From Pseudomonadota bacterium (GTDB taxonomy: Bacteria; Myxococcota_A; Polyangia; GCA-2747355): DNA of 64,000 nt. Shown one piece after another: positions 35,629 to 44,545 of this stretch. A model generated the notes under the pieces. That model was not told where the DNA came from and made no database searches. It saw nothing but the letters and a program-made list of their open reading frames with translations. Where the stretch lies: contig JADJDT010000008.1 in NCBI GenBank assembly GCA_016702545.1, forward strand, positions 192,683-256,682, given 5' to 3'. Both the position numbers and the translations under genes were made by a program. Numbering within the stretch: the stretch's first letter is position 1; the number at the start of each line of letters is the position of its first letter.

Positions 35629-37497
35629 ATGCTGCCGCTCGCGTTGCTTGCCGGGGCCCTTGCGCTTGCCGCCTATGTGGTGACGGCGGGGCCGACGATC
35701 TACTGGCTCGACTCGAGCGAGTTCGTGGCCGCCTCATGGCTGCTCGGCAACGCCCACCCACCCGGGCATCCCTTGGTCTCCCTGTTGGGGCGGCTGTTCT
35801 GCTACCTGCCCGTGGGAACGATCGCCTTTCGCGTGACCTTGGCCTCGGCCGTGCAGAGCGCCACGGCGGTCGCGCTGCTGGTCGTCATCGCCGGCGAGTT
35901 GAGCACGCGCCTGCGCGGCGGGACGACTGCGCGCGGCGCGTCGTCGGGGGGCTTGACGCTGCCGCCGGTCGCGCTGGCCCCGACCGAGGAGCTGGCCGTG
36001 CTGGCCACCGCGCTGACCAGCGGTTGGGCCTACGCGCTGTGGTTTCAGGCGGTGCGGGCCGAGGTCTATGCGCTGCACCTGCTGCTGGTGCTCGCCGCCT
36101 GCGCGAGTCTGCTGCGCTGGGAGCGCACGCGCGACCTGCGGTGGCTGCTGGTCGGCGTCTTCTGCGGGGCGCTGGCGCTCTGCAACCACCACCTCCTGGC
36201 GCTGCTCGCCGCGCTGCCGGCCGGGGCCTTCATGGCCGTGGTCTGGCGGCGGGCCGCTCGGGCGGCGCACGCCGTACGCGGTCGGCGCGTCGTCGTCGCC
36301 GCGCTGCTGGTCGTTTCGCTGGCGATGGCGGCGTGGGCGTACCTGCCGCTGCGGTCGCAGCGCGCGCCCCTCGTCAACTGGGGGGCGCCGCACACCTGGG
36401 GACGCTTCGCCTGGGTCGTGTCAGCGCGCGCCTTTCAGCAGGCCTTGCCGCGCGCGGCGCAGCAGAGCGGTGAGGAGCGCGGGTTGGGCGCCCTCTTCGC
36501 GGTGCTCGGCGGGCCGCCGACGGGGCTGCCGCCGGCGCTGGTCGGCGCGGTCTTGGCGGCCCTGGCGCTGGGTGGGCTCTACGCGCTGGCTCGCCTGCGG
36601 GCCGGTCGGGGCGCGGCGCTGCTGTTGTCGGCGCTGTTGCTCGGCAACCTCGCCAGCCCCTTGCTCGTCGGCATCGATCCCTTCAATCCCGACGCCCACG
36701 GGTACCTGGCGTTGAGCGTGGCGCTGCTCGGTCCGTTGGCGGCGCTGCCGCTGCTGGGGCTGCTTCCGCGGCTGGGTGCCGTGGCGGGTCGGCGCCGCAC
36801 CTTGCTGGTCGGCGTCGGACTGCTGGCGCTGCCGGCGCTGCAGCTCGCGGTCAACGAGCCGCGCTGCAGCTTGGCGCAGCACTGGGCGGCCGAGGAAACC
36901 GGGCGCGCCGTGCTCGAGCAACCGCCGGGGGCGTTGCTGATCACCTCCTACTTCCAGACCGTGTTCCAGGTCTGGTCGCTGCAGGCGACGGCCGATCTGC
37001 GGCCCGACGTCGAGCAGCTGCACCGCAACTTCATCACCCAGCCCGGCTATCTGGCCAACCTGCGGGCGACTCAGCCCGAGGTCGCGCAGCTGGCCCTGCG
37101 CTGGCGCCGCGCGGGCGGTGAGCGGGTCAGCGATCTCGATCGGCTGGCCCAGTTGCGCCCGATCAGCCTCGAGTACGATCTGAACCTGAGTGGCGACGTC
37201 GTTCAGCGCCTGTGGCCGGCGGGGATGGTGCTGGCCTATCGTCCGCCGCGCTGGGCGCTCCCGGCCGCGGCCCTGCACCAGCAGCGCATCGCGCGCTGGC
37301 TGCGTCACGTCGGTCCGCCCGACGAGCTGGAGACGCGCCGCGCGCTCACCTGGTGGCACTACCTGCTGGCCCGCTACGCCTGCCGCCGCGGACTGCCACC
37401 GCTGGCCCGCTCGCATCTCGCGCAGGCGCTGGCGCTGGCGCCGCAGGCGCAGGGGCTCAAGACCCTGCGGGCGCGCTGCCTGCCCCTGGTGCGCTAG
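35629..37497 (+). CDS. DUF2723-family membrane protein (TMEM260-like putative glycosyltransferase)
   Basis: TIYWLDSSEFVAASWLLGNAHPPGHPLVSLLGRLF is the characteristic N-terminal motif. It has many TM helices and a TPR-like C-terminus. Confidence 0.75.
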   Translation: MLPLALLAGALALAAYVVTAGPTIYWLDSSEFVAASWLLGNAHPPGHPLVSLLGRLFCYLPVGTIAFRVTLASAVQSATAVALLVVIAGELSTRLRGGTTARGASSGGLTLPPVALAPTEELAVLATALTSGWAYALWFQAVRAEVYALHLLLVLAACASLLRWERTRDLRWLLVGVFCGALALCNHHLLALLAALPAGAFMAVVWRRAARAAHAVRGRRVVVAALLVVSLAMAAWAYLPLRSQRAPLVNWGAPHTWGRFAWVVSARAFQQALPRAAQQSGEERGLGALFAVLGGPPTGLPPALVGAVLAALALGGLYALARLRAGRGAALLLSALLLGNLASPLLVGIDPFNPDAHGYLALSVALLGPLAALPLLGLLPRLGAVAGRRRTLLVGVGLLALPALQLAVNEPRCSLAQHWAAEETGRAVLEQPPGALLITSYFQTVFQVWSLQATADLRPDVEQLHRNFITQPGYLANLRATQPEVAQLALRWRRAGGERVSDLDRLAQLRPISLEYDLNLSGDVVQRLWPAGMVLAYRPPRWALPAAALHQQRIARWLRHVGPPDELETRRALTWWHYLLARYACRRGLPPLARSHLAQALALAPQAQGLKTLRARCLPLVR

Positions 37498-37511
37498 CGC
37501 CCCAGTTCGCT

Positions 37512-39434
37512 TCAGAGACCGAAGCGGGCGAGCTTCTTGTGGAGGCCCTCGCGCGTGATGCCGAGCGTGGCCGCGGTGCGCGTCTTGTTGTGGCCGTGGT
37601 TGGCCAGCGCGGCGAGCAGCAGCTCGCGCTCGACCTGATCCAGCATCAGCTTCAAGGTGCCACTCGCCGGCAGCGCCTGCGGCGCGGCGAGCAGGCCGCC
37701 GTGCACGGCCGGTGAGAGCTGCTCGGCCTCGATCGGCGCGCCCTCGTCGACCATGATCGCCAGGCGCTGCATCTCGTTCTCCAGCTCGCGGATGTTGCCG
37801 GGCCAGCGATAGGCGCAGAGCCGCTCGAGCGCCCGCGGCGTGATCGCCGGGGCTGGCTTGCGAAGCTCCGCGGCGTAGCGCTGCAGGAAGCGCTCGGCGA
37901 GCAGCGGGATGTCCTCGACGCGCTCGCGCAGCGGCGGCATCGTGATCGGGAAGACCACCAGGCGATAGTAGAGGTCCTGGCGGAAGCGGCCGCTCTTGAC
38001 CTCCTCCTCGAGGTTGCGGTGCGTCGCGCAGACGATGCGCGCATCGACCTTGCGGCTGCGCGTCGCGCCGAGCGGGCGCACCTCCCCGTCCTGCAGCACG
38101 CGCAGCAGCTTGGCCTGCAGCGGGGCCGGCATCTCGCCGATCTCGTCGAGCAGCAGCGTGCCGCCGTCGGCCAGCTCGAACAGACCCTTCTTGTCCTGCT
38201 CGGCGCCGGTGAAGGCGCCCTTCCGGTGGCCGAAGAGCTCGCTCTCGAGCAGGGTCTCGGGCAAGGCGGCGCAGTTCTGCGCCACGAAGAGCTTGTCGCG
38301 GCGCCGGCTCTGCTCGTGGATCGCGCGGGCGATCAGCTCCTTGCCGGTGCCCGTCTCGCCGCCGATGCAGACCGTGACGCGGGTGTCGACCACCCGCTTG
38401 ACCTGCTGCAGCACCTGCTGCAGGGCCGGCGAACGGCCGATCAGCTGCTCGAAGGTCGGCCGCGGCTCACGGGCCCGCAGGTAGCTGTTCTCTTGCTCCG
38501 CGCGCTCGCGCGCCACGCGGAGCTGCTCATAGAGGCGCGCGTTCTCCAGCGCCAGCGCCGCCGGCTCGCCAAGGAGCAGCAGCAACTCGAGGTCGCGCTC
38601 GGTGAAGATGCCGCTGGCCCCGCGGTTGTCGGCGGCGATCACGCCGACCAGCAGCTCGCCGCGCCAGAGCGGGGCTGCCAGCGTCGAGTGGATCGCCGCG
38701 CCCATGATGCTTTCGCTGCGACCCAGGTCCTCGGCGGCGTGCGCCGCCAGCACCCCGCTGCGTTGCTCGAGCACACGGCGCAGCAGGGCGCGGCTGACCG
38801 CGACCGCGTCGGCGGGCAGCTCCCCACTGCGCGCGCGCGAGCAGGCGGGCGCCAGGCGCCCCTCGCCCGGCTGCCCCTGCTCGAGCAGAATCGCGACGTG
38901 CGTGGCGCGGGGCAGCAGCGCGAGCGTGGCCTGGGCGGTCGCCTCGAGCACGGCGCCGAGCTCCGGCTGGCTGCCGAGCAGCCGCACGGCGCGGTAGAGC
39001 GCCGCGAGATCACCGCTGCGCGCCACCTCGCCGGTCAGGCGTCCGAGGTCGGCTAGCGCGCGGGTGGCGAGCACGCGCACCGTCAGGTCGCCCTCGGGCG
39101 TGGCCGCCACCACGATCGAGCAGCGCACGATCACCGGCGAGCTGGGGTCGCCGAGCAGCAGCTCGTCGCCGTCCTGCAGCAGCGCCTCTCGCTGGGGCTC
39201 CCCGTCGAGCACGAGGCGTTCGCTGCCGCGTGCCACCACCGAGCCGTTGGTCGAGCGCAGGTCGCGGTAGACGTAGTGATCCTGCTCGCGGAAGATCAGC
39301 CCGTGCTCGGCCGAGAGGTGCGCGTCTTGGAGCTGCAGGTCAGCCTCGGGCACGCGACCGATCAGGAGCTGGGCCGTGTCGGCCTCGTGGACGTGGCCTC
39401 GGTCGGCGCCTTCCAGCACGTCGAGTCGGATCAT
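37512..39434 (-). CDS. Sigma-54-dependent transcriptional activator with FHA and GAF sensor domains
   Basis: N-terminal FHA (LLIGRVPEADLQLQDAHLSAEHGLI...STNGSVV), a GAF-like middle, an AAA+ core (GETGTGKELIARAIH, ESELFGHRKGAFTGA, DVRIVCATHRNL-like) and a Fis-type HTH (NKTRTAATLGITREGLHKKL). Confidence 0.9.
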   Translation of the reverse strand: MIRLDVLEGADRGHVHEADTAQLLIGRVPEADLQLQDAHLSAEHGLIFREQDHYVYRDLRSTNGSVVARGSERLVLDGEPQREALLQDGDELLLGDPSSPVIVRCSIVVAATPEGDLTVRVLATRALADLGRLTGEVARSGDLAALYRAVRLLGSQPELGAVLEATAQATLALLPRATHVAILLEQGQPGEGRLAPACSRARSGELPADAVAVSRALLRRVLEQRSGVLAAHAAEDLGRSESIMGAAIHSTLAAPLWRGELLVGVIAADNRGASGIFTERDLELLLLLGEPAALALENARLYEQLRVARERAEQENSYLRAREPRPTFEQLIGRSPALQQVLQQVKRVVDTRVTVCIGGETGTGKELIARAIHEQSRRRDKLFVAQNCAALPETLLESELFGHRKGAFTGAEQDKKGLFELADGGTLLLDEIGEMPAPLQAKLLRVLQDGEVRPLGATRSRKVDARIVCATHRNLEEEVKSGRFRQDLYYRLVVFPITMPPLRERVEDIPLLAERFLQRYAAELRKPAPAITPRALERLCAYRWPGNIRELENEMQRLAIMVDEGAPIEAEQLSPAVHGGLLAAPQALPASGTLKLMLDQVERELLLAALANHGHNKTRTAATLGITREGLHKKLARFGL

Positions 39435-39438
39435 GGTG

Positions 39439-40148
39439 TCACCGCAGGCGCCAGGTCAGTTCGGTATGACCGAGTGGCCCCGAGAGGCTGAGCAGCAACG
39501 CGCGCGTCTCGGCGCGCACCAGCGCCCGCCCATCGGGCAGCGTGCGGGGGAACTCGACGCGATAGAGCTCGTAGAAGGTGCCGAGGTGCGGCAGCATCGC
39601 GCGGTCCGCGGTCGAGGTCCGCCGCTCGCGCACGATGCGACCGGCGCGCACCTGGTCACCGCGATCGTTGAGCAAGGCCAGCCGCCACTGCGAGCGCGGG
39701 CGATCGAAGTCGTTCCAGTCGCGATCGTGGGCGGCGGCGACGACGAAGAAGCTGTAGCTCTGGGCGTGCTGCGCGGCGAGCTCCTGCGCGAGCTGTTGGC
39801 GCTCCGACGCGGCGAGGTGAAAGATCGCCGACCAGCGCGCCAGATAAGCCGCGTCGAAGTCGGGAGCGCGCAGCGTGGCGTAGACGCGCAGCGTCGTTCC
39901 CAGCTCCCGCAGCACGGTGATGGCTTGATGCCGGGTCCAGCGCGCCAGCACCGTGCGGTAGTCGGCCGCGGCGTAGGGCCTGCGGGGGCTGCTGTGCAGC
40001 GCGACGACCGGGTTGGGCGTGATGCAGGACGTGAGCGCGCCGAGGCTCGTGACGAGCAGCGCGGTGCACAGACGCCCGGCCCAGCCCCCCGCCGCGGGCG
40101 AGACGTGGCCCCCCGCCGCGGGCGAGACGTGAACGAGTGGGCGCTCAC
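39439..40148 (-). CDS. Hypothetical lipoprotein, 5' end unresolved
   Basis: A 100% GC3 frame encodes GRLCTALLVTSLGALTSC (lipobox) upstream of the first canonical start (GTG 39951). No in-frame ATG/GTG/TTG precedes it. GTG at 40148 is in another frame, separated by C6 runs within a 24-bp tandem repeat. Confidence 0.45.
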
Positions 40149-40149
40149 G

Positions 40150-40965
40150 TCACCGGCGCTTGACGCGGCTCTTCTTGCCGGCCGCGGTCGGGGGACGCGG
40201 TACCTTAGCCTGGGTGCTGGCGCCGGCGCCGCTGGCACCGCGGCCGACCTCGAGGGCGATCGTCGTCGCGGCGGGGGACGCTGCCGGCGGCGCCGCGGCG
40301 GCACGACCGGGCCCCGCCGACCGCTCCGGTGCCCCCGATCGCTCCGGCGCCCCCGACCGCTCGGGCCCCGCCGACCGCTCCAGCCCCGCCGACCGCTCGC
40401 GTCGCAGCGCGAGCGGGGTCACTGGCGCCGTGGGGACGTTGGCACGGGCGCGTGGCGGTGGGGGGCTGCTCGCGGGCGGGGCGCTCGCCGCCGGGCGGCC
40501 GCTGCCGAGCGGCGTCCGGGCGCGGGCGTCGCTGGCCGCGGCCGCAGCGGGGCCGGCGGTCACGTTGCCTCGCAGTGCCGCACCATCGGCCATCACCAGC
40601 TGCGGACAGTGCACGTCGCCGAGCAGCTTGCCCTGCGCGCCGATGCGTACCGACTCGGTGGCGTTGACGTTGCCCACGAGCGTGCCGCCGACCAGCACCC
40701 GCGCCGCCTGGACATCGGCGACCACGACGCCTCCGGGCTCGATCACCAGCTCGTCGCCGAGCCGAATCGCCCCCTCGAGGTGTCCGGCCACGATCAGGCT
40801 GTCCTGACACTCGACCTCACCCTTGATCCGCGTCAGGGCGCCGATCACCGTGGCTTGGAGCGGTGCCTGGGGTGGTGCCTGCCGTTGGGCCTGTGGCTGT
40901 GCCTGTGGTTGGTTGATCATCGGGCTTCTTCCCTCGTACCCGCGCGGGCCCGTGGCGTCGGCCAC
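40150..40965 (-). CDS. Bactofilin with long Pro/Ala/Arg-rich C-terminal tail (BacP-like)
   Basis: Bactofilin core IKGEVECQDSLIVAGHLEGAIRLGDELVIEPGGVVVADVQAARVLVGGTLVGNV...GKLLGDVHCPQLVMADGAALRGNV. The tail contains (P/L)ERS(A/G)(G/A) x5, encoded by 18-bp tandem repeats at ~40311-40400. Confidence 0.85.
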   Translation of the reverse strand: MADATGPRGYEGRSPMINQPQAQPQAQRQAPPQAPLQATVIGALTRIKGEVECQDSLIVAGHLEGAIRLGDELVIEPGGVVVADVQAARVLVGGTLVGNVNATESVRIGAQGKLLGDVHCPQLVMADGAALRGNVTAGPAAAAASDARARTPLGSGRPAASAPPASSPPPPRARANVPTAPVTPLALRRERSAGLERSAGPERSGAPERSGAPERSAGPGRAAAAPPAASPAATTIALEVGRGASGAGASTQAKVPRPPTAAGKKSRVKRR

Positions 40966-40967
40966 GG

Positions 40968-41300
40968 CTACGCGCCCATCTCGATCGTGCCGCGGAAGGT
41001 GGCGCCCTCGGCGATCACCACGCGCGCGGCCTTGATGTCACCGATCAGCCGTGCGTTGGCTCGTAGCTCGACCTTCTGTCGCGCCACGACCTTCCCCTTG
41101 ACCTGGCCGCTGATCACCGCCGAATCCGCCTCGACGTCGGCCTCGACCACGCCCGAGGGTTCGACGACCAACGAGCGACTGAGCTGCAGCGTGCCCCTGA
41201 GGGTGCCCTCGACCACCAGGTCCTCGTCGGCGCTCACCTCGCCGTCGATCACCAGGGACGGGCCGATTACCGTGGTACCCATGCGAAGTCCTTCGTTCAC
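40968..41300 (-). CDS. Bactofilin (BacO-like)
   Basis: A 110-aa beta-helical repeat protein: VIGPSLVIDGEVSADEDLVVEGTLRGTL...VISGQVKGKVVARQKVELRANARLIGDIKAARVVIAEGATFRGTIEM. Confidence 0.85.
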   Translation of the reverse strand: MNEGLRMGTTVIGPSLVIDGEVSADEDLVVEGTLRGTLQLSRSLVVEPSGVVEADVEADSAVISGQVKGKVVARQKVELRANARLIGDIKAARVVIAEGATFRGTIEMGA

Positions 41301-41304
41301 GTCG

Positions 41305-41652
41305 CTAAGGCGCCGCGACTCCAGGCGGTAGGTCGAGGTCCATCTCGAGGCGCCCCGTGAAGGCGGCGCCCTCCTCGATCACGACGCGCTGCGCCTGCAG
41401 CGTGCCGTCGAAGCGGGCTCCGGCGACGATCGTGACGCCGCCGCTGGCCCGCACCTCGCCCCGCAGGGCGCCACGCAAGGTCAACTCGCCGACCTCGACG
41501 TCGGCCTCGACGGTGGCCGAGGGCTCGATCAGCAACGAGCGCTCGAGCGCGATGGTGCCCTCGACTCGCCCCTCCACCACCAGGTCCTCGCCGCCCGACA
41601 CGGTGCCGCGCACGGTCACCGTCTTGCCGATCACGCAGGGTTGTTCCGCCAT
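41305..41652 (-). CDS. Bactofilin (BacN-like)
   Basis: VIGKTVTVRGTVSGGEDLVVEGRVEGTIALERSLLIEPSATVEADVEVGELTLRGALRGEV...IEEGAAFTGRLEM. It is the first gene of the co-directional array. Confidence 0.85.
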   Translation of the reverse strand: MAEQPCVIGKTVTVRGTVSGGEDLVVEGRVEGTIALERSLLIEPSATVEADVEVGELTLRGALRGEVRASGGVTIVAGARFDGTLQAQRVVIEEGAAFTGRLEMDLDLPPGVAAP

Positions 41653-41754
41653 GCTGGCTCTCTGCTCGCTCTCTGCCGCGCCGGCCCTCTCGACGGGCGG
41701 CGCAGGTGTCGATCAGCGTTTGCCGTGTTTCGCCAAGCGAATCGAGGCTCTGGA

Positions 41755-41770
41755 AGCTAGCAGCGGGCCA
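41755..41770 (-). promoter_or_regulatory. Candidate sigma-54 (-24/-12) promoter upstream of the bactofilin array
   Basis: The minus strand reads TGGCCC-GCTGC-TAGCT with GG-N10-GC spacing (consensus TGGCAC-N5-TTGCW), about 100 nt upstream of the bacN-like ATG. A TTGACA hexamer lies 10 nt further upstream, so a sigma-70 reading is also possible. Confidence 0.2.
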
Positions 41771-41812
41771 AAGCCACTGTCAAGCCGGCGGTCGCGCGCG
41801 CTCGCGCTAACG

Positions 41813-43396
41813 CTAAAAGACGTAGTTCGCGCCGAGCGAGAAGATGTCCCAATGACTGCGAAAGGTGCCGGCGTTGATCACGCGGCCCGAGCCGTCGGCC
41901 GACATCTGCGCCAGGCGGGCGCCGCCGGGGCTGCCGGCCGGCGGGACCTCGAGTCGCTCTTGATACAGGTGCGCATAGGCCAGCGAGAGATCGATGCGCC
42001 GGTTGAGCCGCAGCGTGCCGCCGAGGTGCAGTCCGAGGCGCTGCACCGGCAAGAAGTCGAGGTTGGCCAGCGCTGGGTCCAGGCCACGCGTTTCGTAGGA
42101 GAGGCCGCCGCGCAGCGCGCAGAGGCCTCGCGCCACCGTGTAGTCGCCGCCGAGGCGCAGCGAGAGCTGGTCCTTCCAGCCGCGCGGCACGCGGAAGGCG
42201 TTGTCCACCGGCACGTCGAGCGTCAGCAGGGTGCCGTCGGTGAGGAGCTGGCGCGTGGTCAGGGTCAGGTCGGCGGGCGGCCGCAGCACGACCTCGTCCA
42301 CGCGGCTGTTGCGCTCGAAGACGGCGTCGAGCTCGATATCCCAGCGCTCGTCGCGCAGGGCATCGCGCGCCGTGCGCGAGCGCGCGGCCTCGCCGACCGT
42401 CGCCTGGCGCGACACATAGCGTACGCCCGCCGTGAGCTGCCACGGCATCGGGAAGCGCAGGCTCAGGTCCCGCAAGCGGCTGTCGGTCGGCACGCTGCTG
42501 CCGGGCTCGCTCGACCCGTAGTCGCCAAAGCGCATGTCGATGTCGGCCGTGCCGCGCAGATCGTCCGACCAGCGCAGGGTCGCCGCCAGCTCGAGCGCCG
42601 GCGTCGGCTTGAGGTGCAGGCCCGCGATCGCCGCGGGCACGAAGCGGTCGCTGCCCCGGATTCTGGCGCGCCCATCGAGCGAGGGGTTTTCGCCGCCCGT
42701 GGTCACGCCGTAGCTCACGCCGTCGAGGCTGAAGATGCCCCATTGCAGCGTGGCGCCGACGCGGAGCCACGGGGTCGCCTGCCAGCTCACTCCGGCGCTC
42801 GGGCTGAGCGCAAAGCCCCCCGCACTGAGGGACAGGTAGCGCAGCGGGTTGGGCCGCAGCTCGCCCCGCAGCCCGCGCACGGTGCCGTCGCGGTCACCCC
42901 ATTGCACCGCGCCCGTGTTGGCCGGCAGCAGCAGCCCGAAGCCGAGGCCGAAGCGTGGGCCGAGGGGCAGGCTGAGGACGATGGCCGGGGCGGGAATCGG
43001 CGGCCCCGTGTTGCAGACCCGGGGGAAAGCCTCGAGCGCGTAGCCACCCGCGCCCGGCAGCAACTCGCTGTCGCCGAAGCGGCTGCGGTCGCGCACCGTG
43101 ACGTTGTCGCTGTAGGTCCCGCTGCGTTGGACGCAGGCGTCGAAGAAGGCGAGGTGGCTGTTGACCAACAGGGAGGGTCGGCCGCCCAGGCCGATCAGCG
43201 CCGGGTTGTAGCTCAGCGCCATCGCGTCGTCGCCGCGCGCCGCAAAGGCCGCGGCGCGGCCCAGCGCCCGCGTCCCCGGGCCCGGATAGTCGAGCCCGCC
43301 CGCGCCCGCAGTGTCCGCCGCGAGCGGGACGGACAGCAGGGCGAGCCCGAGGCTGGTCAACGCTCGCGGCGGTCGGCGTGGGAGGGCGCGTATCAT
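41813..43396 (-). CDS. Outer-membrane transport protein, FadL/OMPP1-like beta-barrel (second copy in window)
   Basis: Signal peptide LTSLGLALLSVPLAA, the motif DAMALSYNPALIG, and the C-terminus SLGANYVF. Confidence 0.7.
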   Translation of the reverse strand: MIRALPRRPPRALTSLGLALLSVPLAADTAGAGGLDYPGPGTRALGRAAAFAARGDDAMALSYNPALIGLGGRPSLLVNSHLAFFDACVQRSGTYSDNVTVRDRSRFGDSELLPGAGGYALEAFPRVCNTGPPIPAPAIVLSLPLGPRFGLGFGLLLPANTGAVQWGDRDGTVRGLRGELRPNPLRYLSLSAGGFALSPSAGVSWQATPWLRVGATLQWGIFSLDGVSYGVTTGGENPSLDGRARIRGSDRFVPAAIAGLHLKPTPALELAATLRWSDDLRGTADIDMRFGDYGSSEPGSSVPTDSRLRDLSLRFPMPWQLTAGVRYVSRQATVGEAARSRTARDALRDERWDIELDAVFERNSRVDEVVLRPPADLTLTTRQLLTDGTLLTLDVPVDNAFRVPRGWKDQLSLRLGGDYTVARGLCALRGGLSYETRGLDPALANLDFLPVQRLGLHLGGTLRLNRRIDLSLAYAHLYQERLEVPPAGSPGGARLAQMSADGSGRVINAGTFRSHWDIFSLGANYVF

Positions 43397-43519
43397 CGGA
43401 CTCCGTCGCGGCGCATCGTAACAGATGCCTGCCTGCTCATGGGCGGATCGTCGGCCGATGGCACCGCGGCGCTGCGACGCTCTGCCGTGCGCCAGGGCCG
43501 TGTGCTAGGGTCCCCGACC

Positions 43520-44545
43520 ATGAGCTGCTGTACCACCCGCCACGATCCTCCGTCTCGCGCTCGCCGCCACCGCCCCCGCGCTTGCTCGGGTCGGCACCGG
43601 ACCGCCGCCGCCTGCGCTGCGCTGGCCTGGTGCGCGTTGGGCGGCGCCGTGCTGGCCGGCGGCTGCAGCGGGGACGGCGCGAGCCGCGGCAGCGCGGTCA
43701 AGCCGGCGGCCGATGCGAGTACGGGGACGGTCGATCTCGGCGTGACCCTGCGTTGCCCCAGCGCTGGCCCCACGCCGCTCGAGCAGCAGCTGGGTGCGTG
43801 CTGTTACCGGCGCGCCAACACCGATCGCCGGGCGCAGCCCCAGTACCGCGTGGCGGGGCTGCAGTTCAGCCAGCCGCAGAGCCTGGCGAACGCGCTGCTG
43901 ACGAGCATCACCACCAACTCGATCGACGAGGAGCGCTTCAACTGGCTCTTCACCCTCGAGGGCGCCGACGACGACGGTCCGGTGACGATCCGCACCGGCA
44001 GTGCTCGCCGGCAGCGGGATGGCCGCTTCGCCTTCACGCGCGGTGCGGGGGGGATCCCCTGGGACCCCGTCACGATCGAGGGCTCGCTGCTCGGGGCGAT
44101 CTGGCAGGGCGGGCCCGCCCTGCAGTCCGTGGCGCTGGTGATCTTCAACCCCGACGGCGAGCACGTCGACGCCGAGCTGCCGATCCGCGAGCTGCGCCTC
44201 GCGCGGGCGGTGATGTCCCCCGACCGCAACTGCATCGGGCGACGCCTGCTGACCAGCTACGACACCGACGACGGCGAGGTCAGCGGGTATCTGACGCTGG
44301 AGGACGCCGGCAAGGTCTCGGTCGGTATCGGCGGCCTCGACCCGATCCGGCTCTGCATGGTGTTGCTGGGCAGTCCCGCCGCCAGCGGCGAGTGCAGCGC
44401 GCTGCCGCGCGGCGAGTGGCAGTTCCCGCCGGATGCCCGTTGTGACGGCGCGGGGTGCCGCAGCGGCGGCTGCGATCCGCTGCACGACTGCAACGCCTGG
44501 ATCGTGCGCGGGACCTTCGCCGCGCAGGCCGTCGAGGTCGAGTGA
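43520..44545 (+). CDS. Cys-rich hypothetical lipoprotein
   Basis: This is the real part of the 1062-aa track ORF. It starts at ATG MSCC..., has the lipobox ALGGAVLAGGCSG, and has 13 Cys residues downstream of the lipobox Cys (3 before it). It is divergent from the FadL-like gene. Confidence 0.6.
   Translation: MSCCTTRHDPPSRARRHRPRACSGRHRTAAACAALAWCALGGAVLAGGCSGDGASRGSAVKPAADASTGTVDLGVTLRCPSAGPTPLEQQLGACCYRRANTDRRAQPQYRVAGLQFSQPQSLANALLTSITTNSIDEERFNWLFTLEGADDDGPVTIRTGSARRQRDGRFAFTRGAGGIPWDPVTIEGSLLGAIWQGGPALQSVALVIFNPDGEHVDAELPIRELRLARAVMSPDRNCIGRRLLTSYDTDDGEVSGYLTLEDAGKVSVGIGGLDPIRLCMVLLGSPAASGECSALPRGEWQFPPDARCDGAGCRSGGCDPLHDCNAWIVRGTFAAQAVEVE

Noticed and set aside
40150-40152. TGA of the bacP-like gene as a programmed readthrough or selenocysteine site, because the downstream ORF is in frame
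   Set aside because: Fusion would place a lipoprotein signal peptide in the middle of a cytoplasmic filament protein. I saw no SECIS-like structure. A homopolymer indel upstream of the lipobox is the simpler explanation.
40084-40400. Tandem 24-bp and 18-bp repeats as a possible CRISPR array
   Set aside because: The units are contiguous without spacers. The 18-bp set encodes the repetitive Pro/Glu/Arg/Ser tail of the bacP-like protein. There are no cas genes in the window.
41357-44545. 1062-aa plus-strand ORF, the longest in the track
   Set aside because: Its first ~720 codons are antisense to the bactofilin and FadL-like genes and encode Arg/Ala/Gly/Pro-rich sequence with no motifs. Only the last 341 codons (from ATG 43520, with a lipobox) look like a real gene.
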